The notes under the pieces were generated by a model. It saw nothing but the letters and a program-made list of their open reading frames with translations, did no database searches and had not been told where the DNA came from. 37,744 nucleotides of DNA from Octopus bimaculoides (lineage: Eukaryota), in contig NC_068986.1 in assembly GCF_001194135.2 (NCBI RefSeq), forward strand, positions 105,763,486 through 105,801,229. The letters are read 5' to 3'. The position numbers and the translations under genes were made by a program. Shown one piece after another: positions 21,382 through 33,092 of the stretch; the first letter of the stretch is position 1; each line of letters opens with the position of its first letter.

Positions 21382-22026
21382 CAGTGGTTCCCAAACTATG
21401 AGTCGCGACCCACTGATGGGTCGCGAACGGAATCCTAGTGGGTCGCAAAAAGTTATAAAATTACGCATTAACTTTGATTAACTGCTGTCTTTCGAGATAG
21501 TTCAAGACTCATGTTTTCAATAAAAGACTGGTTGTTTTATCAAGCAGTAGGCTTTTTTCACGAACTTAACAAATCAGAGGTGGTCATTTTCTCAAGTTAT
21601 TTATTCGTACGTAATCGTAAAAAGGAAAAGTCTGTTTTTACCGATTTATAGAGAACTTTAACTAGGTGATCGAGCCGATAACAGTTACTGCTTCGATGTT
21701 TTGTATTAGAGTTAATACCTGCCCATAGGGTATGGAGGCGTTGAAACAGTTATAAAACGTTTTGTTTCACATTTAATATAAATAGTAAAAAATTTTAATA
21801 AATAAGACAGTATGGATTTCACTAATAAGTTTATAAATTATTCAAAAAAGTATAGGAGTGATCACCAGGAGGCTGTTAATTAGCCAATGAAATGATTGGG
21901 ATAGACAGCAGCTAGACGGTAGATGGATCAATAGAGTCTATCTGATAAACGGTAGAGTTAAGTGGGTCGCCATAAACTGGTGTCATAAATAGTGGGTCGC
22001 GTCTCTAAAAAGTTTGGGAACCACTG
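21382..22026. mobile_element. Non-autonomous hAT (Charlie-like) element, 645 bp
   Basis: Perfect 16-bp TIRs cagtggttcccaaact / agtttgggaaccactg; 8-bp TSD tcataaag (21374-21381) and ttataaag (22027-22034); subterminal gggtcgc repeats at both ends. Confidence 0.93.
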
Positions 22027-22073
22027 TTATAAAGTATTTGTTCCATCAAAATGTAATTCATTATGATAAAAAT

Positions 22074-22410
22074 TTAATTAACATGTTCAAAAGGCTCCCC
22101 TTCATTTTTAGTAAAATGCTGAACACTACTGGCAACACTTCTACAAACCTCCTGACACATTTCCCCATTAATCGTAGAAAATTTATCAGAAATTGCTTCT
22201 TTTAATTCAGGAGTCGTTTTCGGTCTCAGGGAATAAACAAGATTTTCAAATACGCCCCACAAGATAAAGCCAGGTGGTGTTAGGACTGGTGATTGTGATG
22301 GCCACCCAATTGATCCACCACGTCCTATACATCTCCCCTCAAAATTAAAATTTAACCATTCCCGAACGTTTAACCTACAGTGAGGCTGTGCATCATCCTG
22401 TACAAAGTAA
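22074..22410 (-). pseudogene. C-terminal fragment of a DD41D-type Tc1/mariner transposase
   Basis: FVQDDAQPHCRLNVREWL...GRCIGRGGSIGWPSQSPVLTPPGFILWG...TTPELKEAI. There are 41 residues between the second catalytic D and the third position, which is G here. Confidence 0.88.
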
Positions 22411-22687
22411 AAAAAAAAAATTATAAAAAAAAACGGTTTCAGTGTTGGAGTGTGGTTTGTGGGGTCAGCCACGTCCCTTACTTCATAATTGTTACTCATC
22501 CGTTTCTTTCATTATCCACTCCATCATATAAATTTTATTAAGTATATCTGTATGTCGTTATCTCATTCGATCCCCGACTCCTTGTTTCGTCCTTCTATAT
22601 ATGATTTTTATGGTTAATAAAGAAACAAGTCTCAGTTCCAGCAGCCAGAGTTGGGAGATAAACAACATTAAACCGATGGTGAATGTT

Positions 22688-23097
22688 CTTTTCCACTCTA
22701 GGCACAAGGCCTGAAATTTCGGGGGAAGGAGCCAGTCGATTACATCGACCCCAGTATGCAACTGGTACTTAATTTATCGACCCCGAAAGGATGAAAGGCA
22801 AAGTCGACCTCGGCGGAATTTGAACTCAGAACGTTAAGACAGACGAAATACTTATTTCTTTATTGCGCACAAGGGGCTAAACATAGAGGGGACAAACAAG
22901 GACAGACAAACGGATTAAGTCGATTACATCGACCCCAGTGCGTAACTGATACTTAATTTATCGACCTCGAAAGGATGAAAGGCAAAGTCGACCCCGGCGG
23001 AATTTGAACTCAGAACGNNNNNNNNNNNNNNNNNNNNNNNNNNNNNNNNNNNNNNNCATTTCGCCCGGCGTGCTAACGATTCTGCCAGCTCGCCGCC
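22688..23097 (-). mobile_element. Dimeric SINE family C element
   Basis: A complete C unit (22853-23097, 39-N gap inside) is followed on its own strand by a headless C unit with a different tail (22688-22852). Flanked by ccgatggtgaatgtt (22673-22687) and ccgttggtgaatgtt (23101-23115). Confidence 0.85.
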
Positions 23098-23129
23098 CTG
23101 CCGTTGGTGAATGTTACAAATACAATTTT

Positions 23130-23470
23130 CTTTCTTTCTTTCTTTCTTCTTCTTCTTCTTCTTCTTCTTCTTCTTCTTCTTCTTCTTTTCTTCTTCTTCT
23201 TTTCTTCTTCTTCTTCTTTTCTTCTTTTTCTTCTTCTTCTTCTTCTTCGTCTTCTTCTCTTTCTTCTTCTTCTTCTTCTTCTTCTTTTTCTTCTTCTTCT
23301 TCTTCTTCTTCTTCTTTCTTTTTCTTCTTCTTTCATCTTCTACTCTTTCTCCTTCTTTTCCTCTTTCAACTTCCTTTTCTTCCCTTGCTTTTTATCTCTT
23401 CTTCTTCCTCTTCTTTCCCCCCTCTTCTCCTCCTCTTCTTCTACCTTTTCCTTCTTCTTTATTCTCTCTT
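23130..23470. repeat. Imperfect (CTT)n / polypyrimidine tract
   Basis: Read directly from the sequence; it explains the poly-F/S/L/R/E ORFs in the track. Confidence 0.95.
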
Positions 23471-23814
23471 TTATTTTTATTGTCTTTGAAACAGACACGA
23501 GTGGGAAGACTGTCACCGTTTCTAAGCTTACAACACCTCGAGTAAGTCGCCGACGTATACGGATTGAATACTGTGAGACACAGAACCAATAAAAAAATAA
23601 AACAACACCAACCACATTTAGAATATAAACCACAACTCTCAAGTTTATTCCAAGCTTCGAGCTAATGAAGGAAGTTTCTACGCAGCAACTAGATCTGTTC
23701 AAAATGTAGGCAAACAAAAATACACACACACACACACACACACACACTACTGTCTTACGAAAAGAAGAATACATTATACATTAAGTAACGTAGTTCCAAG
23801 TATCAAAAAAGGAG

Positions 23815-23952
23815 AGATCGACCTAACTGTGGCGCCTCTGGTACTTATTTTAGCGACCCCAAATGGATGGAAGGCAAAGACGGCTTGGGCGGACTTTGAT
23901 CTCAGAACGGCATTTTGTCCGGCATGCTAACGATTTTGCCAGCAGGCCGCCT
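23815..23952 (-). mobile_element. Diverged SINE family C copy
   Basis: tggtacttattttagcgaccccaaatggatggaaggcaaag...gctaacgattttgccagcaggccgcc. Confidence 0.75.
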
Positions 23953-24046
23953 TCATTATAAAAAACGCACGCACGGGTTCAATTTTATTTATTTCTTATT
24001 TGTCAGTTAGCTATTTAATCAAGAAACTAATCGATTGTTTGATTAA

Positions 24047-24535
24047 CCTATTAACTGCCAAATTTGTTTATTCATATTTTGGTGGTTTTGCCAGGTGTCT
24101 TAGGAGTTAAAATAATATATCGTATTTAAATTTTCTTCATACGTGAATTATTTTGGGAATTATAAATTTTTCGAACAGTCCCAAATGGGGATCGCTGAAA
24201 AAAAGCATATTTGTCCTTTTCTATTCACTTACAATAATAAACATTTTAGTTTCTTTTTCCTTTTTTTTTTTTTTTGAAACTATATTTTTTTAAAGTTTTC
24301 AAAACCGTCAATATTTATGTAGTTCAAAACTTGTGATTTATGACATAAAATGTCCTATATTATTGTCCATTATTAGCCAGAGCTAATAATGATGACAAAC
24401 TTTAACTACTAAATATTGCTAAACACACCTCTGCAAATGCATTGTACATAAGCAATTTATTTTAAATATAACGAATAACCGGCATTTAGACTGTTTTTAG
24501 AAGATCCCCAAATGGGGCTCATGGTTGGCAATGGG
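24047..24535. mobile_element. piggyBac-like MITE
   Basis: TTAA at 24043-24046 and 24536-24539; imperfect ends cctattaactgccaa / ttggcaatggg; internal cccaaatgggg appears twice. Confidence 0.55.
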
Positions 24536-24707
24536 TTAATCATTCGGTTAATCAATCAATCAGTTGTGTTTGCTAAAGTTCTTTTGTCGCCATTCCAGAC
24601 CTGATGTGTTGACCTGGAATGAATAAGGCATGTCATTGAAGAGGCTGCAAATAGCGAAGCGAGGACTTTGACAAACACATTTGCTTGATTGATTAACCAA
24701 CGATTAA
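24536..24707. repeat. Short foldback with about 45-bp arms, TTAA at both ends
   Basis: ttaatcattcggttaatcaatcaatcagttgtgtttgctaaagt versus actttgacaaacacatttgcttgattgattaaccaacgattaa. Confidence 0.7.
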
Positions 24708-24889
24708 ACCAACTGACGAACAATGAAGAAGTGAGATAGAACCAGCGCGTGTGTTCTTTATTGGCATTATGACCCTCTCGAGATACAACAAAATTCTCAA
24801 TTTAAATTTGAAATATTTAGCGGAGTTTCAGCCACTTAACTGATCTAAAACGTCGTAGAATTCCAGTTACAAAGAATATAAAAGTGGAA

Positions 24890-25290
24890 TGGAGAGCCTT
24901 GACTTGACAGTGTTAAGACAATCCTATAAGAGCAGTCGTGGTTTGATAAAGGCTACGCACGACTGAAAGGAAATCGAACAATTGTGATTTTGGAGTTTAC
25001 GTGTATTGATCAGTTATACGAGTGGATGATATTAACAATTGCAATGAATTCAGACTAGTAAATGATGGGGTTTCTATGAAAATATCGTTGGAATGAGAGA
25101 GTTAAAAGAATTGTGGATATTGAAACTATTAAAGACGGTGACTTCGATGAGAGAATTTCTGTGAGAGGGATGATGTGCTCAATGCAAGACGAGAGATAGT
25201 CAAACAATTGCTAATAATGTTTGCTGGAGTTCGAACAGCGGCATAAATAGCAGTTAAATTTAGAGGAATGAGAAAGTTAAACCTATGCTT
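24890..25290 (-). mobile_element. Highly decayed LINE APE-endonuclease region (CR1-like)
   Basis: Minus-strand fragments FDYLSSCIEHI and VTVFNSFNIHN resemble the FDYL..VEHI...GDFNVH region; homology may extend further right but is uncertain. Confidence 0.4.
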
Positions 25291-26151
25291 TAATGATTTA
25301 GAATAAGAAAATCAGCATTCATTTCTTTTTTTTTTCTTTTTTATGTACTGTGTCTAGAAGAAGGGACAATGCCCATGACTATTTCAGGCTCTCCAAAACC
25401 GATGTGCTTGATACTGGTAATGTTCCGTTTAAACTGTTACAGGATATCACCTCAATGAAAGACATGAACAGGGAGAATATTCCTGAGGGAAAATCTTCTG
25501 AGAAAGGAGCGTGTATAGTGATAAATGCGAGGCCGTGAAGCTGATGAGACAGACAAGTGGATCAGAACTTCTTTAGTGATGGATGTACGAGGATAGCCAG
25601 CTCCGAGGAACAAGAGCCATTCTAGTAGCGATACAGGAGACAGTCTGTCTGTTGATCAAAAGCATCCTACGTGACTGGTTGGATGAACGGATGAAGTAAA
25701 ACTCAGACTGGAGACTATGATCGAATACGTGTAACAGTTCTCAGGGGCTAGATTGCTGTACCAAACTCGTTGCCAGGTGAAGTCGGCCATTCAAAGACAG
25801 GAATTCTCCCTCCAACCAACATCCACGCAATTTTCGCCAGCCGAATTTCACCTACTGGTTTCCTGCGGTTAATGACATCAGTGAGGTAAGCGGTTATGAG
25901 GGAAGGTTCTAGATAGGCGTAGATATCGAGTTGAAATATCGGAAGTAAACTGTTCAGATAAAGAAATAGAAAATACTGAGATACCTCGTCTGCAGGAAAT
26001 GAAATGATTAAATATATGCTACCATAGTTAATGTAAGGAGCATAATATTTAAGTTGACATTGAAAAGAGGGTAACATTGGCTTGAGGATTAAAATATGAT
26101 AAAGGCAAAAGGGTAACAAATTTTAAGAAGGAAAAGCAGAGAGCTGCAAGG

Positions 26152-26240
26152 AACATTCACAATGCCCGGTCTGGGAATCGAAACTGCGATCCTACGACCG
26201 CGAGTCCGCTGCCCTAACCACTGGACCATTGCGCCTCCAC
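26152..26240 (-). mobile_element. SINE family A head only
   Basis: Minus strand gtggaggcgcaatggtccagtggttagggcagcggactcgcggtcgtaggatcgcagtttcgattcccagaccgggc. Confidence 0.9.
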
Positions 26241-26819
26241 GAAGCCCAACCATATGCATTTAGAAAAGAGACTTAGTGAAGCTGTTTCTGCTGGTTGCAG
26301 CCGAGGTTCTCACAGTACGGTGTGGTCGTTGGTCTCTTTGAAACACTTCTGTTCTGATCGTTGCGGCTGCTTCTCAACTCAGCTAGTGGTGCAGTGTCAA
26401 CACCCCCGTGTGCTTTGAGGAGATGCACCGGGGTGTGACACTAGGAGCCAGCACGATTTAGTAGGTGGGTGAGAGCTAGTGACGCTCGTCTTCCCTATCA
26501 AAGTGGAAAGCAGCGTGCAGGACATCAAAGGCACTACCTCCACCCTGGGTAAATTCCATGACTACTATGATCTTTTAATGATAGTGATTGTTATAATCAG
26601 TGGAGCAAGAGACAAATTTCCTTGTTGTTGATGTGGCCTACATATGTCTTTTGATGTTACTATTGTCAGATTTAATGTTCTGAAGTCCTCGTTGTAATAA
26701 AATATTTGCCTCTACTTAATATGTTATTTCAACTGAATATTTTCAAATGCTGATTGAGACAATGCCTTAGGAGTGAATCCTGTAAGCGGAAACTGCGTGG
26801 AAAAACCCATTCTCTGTGT

Positions 26820-26823
26820 GTGG

Positions 26824-26900
<77 letters not shown>

Positions 26901-26975
26901 CGTATGTATGTACNNNNNNNNNNTGTATGTATGAATGTATGTATGTATGTTTGTATGTATGTTTGTATGCTTGCT
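26820..26975. repeat. (TA)n/(TATG)n microsatellite
   Basis: Read directly; contains a short gap. Confidence 0.9.
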
Positions 26976-28508
26976 ATCGCTACGATGGTGGCTTCTATAA
27001 AGAGCTTTCCAAACCATTAATGCTACTAATAAAATTTACACCTCTCTGGCGATTTGACAATAAGTCTTGATTATGTAATTTACATTGTGTAACTAATAAC
27101 TGCCTTATGTTAATGAAATGTACGTAAGCTGATGCAACTAAATATCTTAACAACCTCCCGTGTTTTGTTTTGTTTCATATATACGTGTGTTTGTATTTAT
27201 GTGCATGCATGTGTGTGTGTGTGTGTAAGCATGTATGTGTGAGTATATATATGCGTACGCCTATATAAGTGTGTACGCATCTATATGTGTGTGCGCGTTT
27301 CTCTGTTTATCCTTACTGTAATTTATTTTACAATTGAAAGGTATAGATTAAATGCATATGTAGCTAATCTATTGCAAGTGCATACTGTGTTAGCTAAGTT
27401 AATGATTGAGAAATGTTAAGTACGATATATTTCGCTTTCATGGCTTCACAAAATTAATGTTTCAGTTGTTTTGAAGTTTATAAGCGTCTACTTTGAGCTA
27501 TCAATGTGAGTAAATTCTGAGACTAGAATAACTTAGCTCTGTTTAGATACGGTGACAGCTTGATTTCCAAATACTTTAATAGATATATTTGTAAAGTAGT
27601 CATCGTAATTGTTATCTCAGTGAGTGTTTTTTGTTTGTTATTGGGAGTGTTTTTTGTGTGTGTCATTTGTTGTTATTGTTGTTGTTCTATTCGCTGATTC
27701 ATCACATCGACAATGTACATTGCCTTTCCTAATCTTATCCAATCAAAATCTAGTACTGGAACCGGATTTACTTTTGTTCACTTTTCCAGTCAATAAACAG
27801 ATTCTTTACCGTTTTGTGTCTGCTTACGTAATGGACAGTCTTACCGAATCTCTTTCTGGCTTTCACTTTTTGTTGTTAGTCAGGTATTNNNNNNNNNNNN
27901 NNNNNNNNNNNNNNNNNNNNNNNNNNNNNNNNNNNNNNNNNNNNNNNNNNNNNNNNNNNNNNNNNNNNNNNNNNNNNNNNNNNNNNNNNNNNNNNNNNNN
28001 NNNNNNNNNNNNNNNNNNNNNNNNNNNNNNNNNNNNNNNNNNNNNNNNNNNNNNNNNNNNNNNNNNNNNNNNNNNNNNNNNNNNNNNNNNNNNNNNNNNN
28101 NNNNNNNNNNNNNNNNNNNNNNNNNNNNNNNNNNNNNNNNNNNNNNNNNNNNNNNNNNNNNNNNNNNNNNNNNNNNNNNNNNNNNNNNNNNNNNNNNNNN
28201 NNNNNNNNNNNNNNNNNNNNNNNNNNNNNNNNNNNNNNNNNNNNNNNNNNNNNNNNNNNNNNNNNNNNNNNNNNNNNNNNNNNNNNNNNNNNNNNNNNNN
28301 NNNNNNNNNNNNNNNNNNNNNNNNNNNNNNNNNNNNNNNNNNNNNNNNNNNNNNNNNNNNNNNNNNNNNNNNNNNNNNNNNNNNNNNNNNNNNNNNNNNN
28401 NNNNNNNNNNNNNNNNNNNNNNNNNNNNNNNNNNNNNNNNNNNNNNNNNNNNNNNNNNNNCATACATATATACATACATATACATATATATATACATATA
28501 TACATACA

Positions 28509-28552
<44 letters not shown>

Positions 28553-29039
28553 TATTTATGTGTGTATAAATGCATAGAAAACGTATCTACATGCACAATA
28601 CAATGTGGAAACGTGGTGTACAGTGTGAACTTAAATTAAAACTTGTATATGTAAACTAGATAACACGAAGCCAATGAAAAGAGCTATTTATTTGTTTAGC
28701 GAAAAAAGGAAAGACAACACCTTTGACATTTTGCAGTAACTTTCGCACAGGTAGAACAAGAAGAAGAAACACCTTAACCCATGGGTAACTTCAGACCCTT
28801 GCAGAAGACTGGACTTTGCTAAAGGTGCCCAAGGCCAAATAGTAGCGCTAAAGCAGATGGCCTCTACGCAATCACTTAGCCTGCTACGAATAAGTCAAAC
28901 CTTCCTCAAATCACAACTTATCATATATATTAAATAATGTAAAAAAACAAATACAAGATGGTTACGATTGGAACATCTTTGATCCTGAAATTTTCTTATA
29001 TGCGTTCATTAAGCGGTAGCCTTGTGTAAGTTCAGAGTA

Positions 29040-29880
29040 CAGGATATGCTTGGCCATTCTTGTGTATGGTATTTTTCTTTTATTCCATTGTCACTGGAGT
29101 TGCTGCTTTCTCAATAATTGTTTGGACTCATACGGATTTTGTTCTTGTCAGCACGTCGGTATTTGTGGCATAATCAGCCTGTCTGACGTTCAATATTGAT
29201 TGTTTAATCGATTTAATTCGATTTTCAATAACGTGTAATTACTACAGATTTTACATTGAAAATGCAGTGAGAAGGGCACAACAGTCTAATGCACCAAAAC
29301 TTGTGCTTGGGGTCTCAATTTGCAATTTGCAATTGCAAGGGACGCAGTGAATGAGATGCCCAATGGCTTTATGAGTTGTTTATAACCGATCGATTGGTGA
29401 TGTTATGTTCGAAGGAGAAAGTGTTGAAGAAGATGTCGTCAACGAGAATTCGAAGTAATCGTCTTTCTACTTTGTGTGGATATTGAGCAACGGTTCTTTT
29501 TTTCTACGAGTGAGGTCAATCATATCGTAAGCGAGAAGAAAATGCTTAGAAGAAGGTTTGTTCAAGTTACAACGCCATCGCCGTCAGCATCTTTCTGATC
29601 ACTGATGATGGTCTCGAAGTTGCTGTATAGCTTTTCGATATAAATTATCCTAGGTTAAACAATCCTCTATCGCATCCGTATTGAATGGAAACTTCGTCAG
29701 GAACAAGAACTGCAGTCAAATAGATTGACAAAAGGGAGGGTACGAATGCAGAGCCTTGTTTAACGCCTTCATTGATGTCGAGTAATGGACAATGTCACCC
29801 TTAGTATGACGCTAGAAAGTCCTTGCTTTTCTGCAGTGACTCGACCCCATTTGGGTGAAGTGGTTTGGGTACTGACAAGA
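29040..29880 (-). mobile_element. Decayed RTE-clade LINE, reverse-transcriptase region
   Basis: INEGVKQGSAFVPSLLSIYLTAVL (GVKQG motif), EVSIQYGCDRGLFNL (compare RTE YRTDG.LFNL) and DYATNTDVLTR, with many stops and frameshifts. Confidence 0.78.
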
Positions 29881-30076
29881 AAGGCTAAGAAGAAGCAAAA
29901 GATCAGCTTCTGTTGTTCTGTTACCTTTTCTTGGGGTGTCAGACAGCAAATGTCATGTCATTCTGCACTGGGACTACAGAGATAATTCGCTCAGAAAAGT
30001 AAACTGATTTAATGGTACCAAAACAAGATCTTACCAACTGATTGAATCTTTTCGCTTTTTTTTTTTTTTTTTTTAG

Positions 30077-30240
30077 CTTTTACTTGTTTCAATCATTTGA
30101 CTGCGGCCATGCTGAAGGGCTTTAGTCGAACAAATCGACTCCAGGATCTTTTTTTTTTAGCCTCATTGGTCTTTGCCGAACAGCTAAGTTACTTGAACAT
30201 AAACACACCGACACCGTTGTCAAGCGGTGGCGAGTGGGGG
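30077..30240 (-). mobile_element. SINE family B, 3' half
   Basis: cttttacttgtttcaatcatttgactgcggccatgctg...ttgccgaacagctaagttac...gttgtcaagcggtgg. Confidence 0.85.
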
Positions 30241-31025
30241 CGGCGGTGTTGTTGTTGGTGGTATTGGTGGTGGTGNNNNNNNNNNNNNNNNNNNNNNNNN
30301 NNNNNNNNNNNNNNNNNNNNNNNNNNNNNNNNNNNNNNNNNNNNNNNNNNNNNNNNNNNNNNNNNNNNNNNNNNNNNNNNNNNNNNNNNNNNNNNNNNNN
30401 NNNNNNNNNNNNNNNNNNNNNNNNNNNNNNNNNNNNNNNNNNNNNNNNNNNNNNNNNNNNNNNNNNNNNNNNNNNNNNNNNNNNNNNNNNNNNNNNNNNN
30501 NNNNNNNNNNNNNNNNNNNNNNNNNNNNNNNNNNNNNNNNNNNNNNNNNNNNNNNNNNNNNNNNNNNNNNNNNNNNNNNNNNNNNNNNNNNNNNNNNNNN
30601 NNNNNNNNNNNNNNNNNNNNNNNNNNNNNNNNNNNNNNNNNNNNNNNNNNNNNNNNNNNNNNNNNNNNNNNNNNNNNNNNNNNNNNNNNNNNNNNNNNNN
30701 NNNNNNNNNNNNNNNNNNNNNNNNNNNNNNNNNNNNNNNNNNNNNNNNNNNNNNNNNNNNNNNNNNNNNNNNNNNNNNNNNNNNNNNNNNNNNNNNNNNN
30801 NNNNNNNNNNNNNNNNNNNNNNNNNNNNNNNNNNNNNNNNNNNNNNNNNNNNNNNNNNNNNNNNNNNNNNNNNNNNNNNNNNNNNNNNNNNNNNNNNNNN
30901 NNNNNNNNNNNNNNNNNNNNNNNNNNNNNNNNNNNNNNNNNNNNNNNNNNNNNNNNNNNNNNNNNNNNNNNNNNNNNNNNNNNNNNNNNNNNNNNNNNNN
31001 NNNNNNNNNNNNNNNNNNNNNNNNN

Positions 31026-31900
31026 GAACAAGGGAATCTTGCACCCCCACTCAGCTCAAAACAATATCTGTGTATCGCGATTTCCGGGTTATATACCTTC
31101 ATCAGCACAGAATAGCTGTTCGGCTAGAATAATTGTTCAAAAATATAAGGACACAGATCGTGTCGTATAGCCAGCTGGAGACGATGTCTCCTGGGACTAA
31201 ATTACAGCAACATTCGTCCTAAACCAGGACCGCTATGTTATGTTGGCAAACACTCTTTAATACAAAGTACTGTTGCTGAATATCTCACTTTGTGAGATTT
31301 AAAAATAGTAATTTTCTAAAGTAGATCTTTTGTTCCATACTCACAAAAATCACTTGTTAGAGATGAACTTTCAAAGATCTTCATCCTTGCTTATTTTATT
31401 CAGCAGGAACATAACCGAGAGCAAGAGCTTTGATTCCATATAACTTGTAGATGCTATTATCCAGTTTATTGAGCGTTCGAAATACTGACATCTACGGCTG
31501 CTTGAGAATCGTGAGAAGATCAACATAGCTGTTATGGGAGTTGTTGGTTGTCGGATCAGAAGTTGTTGAAGAGTTTAATCCAATGGTTTGAGATTGCTTC
31601 CACATCTATCAAATACTTCCACTTTGAGCTCTCAGTGGCGTTGATACTGTCCAGTCACGTCTATAGTTGGGATGGGTAGCAGAGTATGACAGCCTAAGAG
31701 CTAATATAATTGCCATAAGCCTATCCAAACGGATGATATGTTTAAGTAGTGGAGGCTTGTCTAGGATCAACCACACTTTCGGAAATGCTGATAGTAGAAA
31801 GATGGAGCAAATGTTCGTCACAGTTTCATTGAACAACATGTTCCAGGTTTTTCTATTTGAGTTACCAAGTGTCGAAGTTAGAAACCGGCTCTTTCTCTTT
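31026..31900 (-). mobile_element. Penelope-like retroelement remnant (post-RT region, decayed GIY-YIG end, pseudo-LTR)
   Basis: NRKTWNMLFNETVTNICSIFLLSAFPK...LSYSATHPN resembles PLE R..TWFNPPFS..V.TNIG..FL...FP...ISYSCMPN; SINWIIASTSY resembles the GIY-YIG C-terminal part; a hammerhead motif lies downstream. Confidence 0.62.
31067..31111 (-). ncRNA. Minimal type-I hammerhead ribozyme with intact catalytic core
   Basis: TCTGTG CTGATGA A GGT-ATATA-ACC CG GAAA T-CGCG-A TA CACAGA: 6-bp stem I, CUGAUGA, GAAA, palindromic UCGCGA stem III, AUA cleavage triplet. Confidence 0.72.
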
Positions 31901-31965
31901 TGGCAAGAAATCTTGAAATAAACTGAATAATGACGTACATACATATACATATTTGCATGTATACG

Positions 31966-31997
<32 letters not shown>

Positions 31998-33010
31998 AAC
32001 TGAAAGATAGAAGATGGAAAATACGAGAATTTTTACTAATCACTGCAATTGTTTCGACACATTTAGCATCGATCCCTCACGAATAGGATACCTAACAACT
32101 GTTTCAGGAGCATCCGACGGCGCAGATGTGTCTCTTCGGATGATAAATAGATGTAACTCGATAAAATAACAGTTCCGCAATGTATCTTCTCATTTCATTT
32201 AAATAAAAGCTGCAAAATAAAGGATATATCTTCATTTATGTAGAAGATCAAAAATAAAATAACAGATGCAAAAAAAAAAAGCTGCGAGTTCGCAGACCGT
32301 TAATAGATATGGTTGTGTAAATGCCCTCGCACTAGCTGCATATCGAATGTACACTCACTCACACATAAATATCTTAAATGATTAATACCAGGCGCGTGCC
32401 GTCAGTAATTACTCAGAGTAGGCAGTTGGTGACCTTTATTTAGTAAAGCACACAAAAAATAAGCGAAGCACAGGCGTGTGAGTGAGTTGTAAACAGATTT
32501 ACTTCTGCCTTTATAGCACGTAAAGAAGACAGTGTTGTAGGAGTGGACGCAGCACGTGTACTACAGCAGGTCTATGCGAAGCTTTAATCCCGAGATTGAA
32601 AGGCAAGAGCCAATTATAATGCCTAATCTACAAAAAAAAAAAAGATATTTTGCATTTTATGCAAAGTAATCAGAGTAACCTTCATAATTTTATTGAATTA
32701 GGTACATATTTTACCATAAAAAGAAAATGGTGCTATCGATCTATTTTATTTAAGGCGGCACGTCCTTGATTAATACAGAAGATGGTGTGTAACTAGAGGC
32801 ATTTATATATATTTATATGTATGTATGTCAACCGCAATCGAATATTACTTGCCAGCATGTGGTATACGAGCATAAGCACCTACTATACTAATGGGTCCCA
32901 ACCCTTTTATTTAAATGAGTTTTCTTACGGGGCCCCTTTTAATCCAGTGGAACACCTACGGTGTAACAGGTGGAGGAAATGAGGGCTACACTAACACTAG
33001 GCTGATTCTC

Positions 33011-33092
33011 AAGGATACCGCTTGCTCTAAGAATTGAACCCACGACCTTATGATCGTGAACAAAACACCCTAACTATTGAACCCGTCCCCAC
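33011..33092 (-). mobile_element. Degenerate tRNA-like SINE head (D/F type)
   Basis: Minus strand ...aatagttagggtgttttgttcacgatcataaggtcgtgggttcaattc resembles the head at 19718. Confidence 0.55.

Noticed and set aside
23495-23560. Fourth hammerhead-like motif on the minus strand (gact...gaaacggtgacagtc)
   Set aside because: No CUGANGA-like core and no convincing stem II or UH triplet.
23004-23774. Poly-Ser/Phe/Leu/Arg/Glu ORFs
   Set aside because: Translations of the (CTT)n tract.
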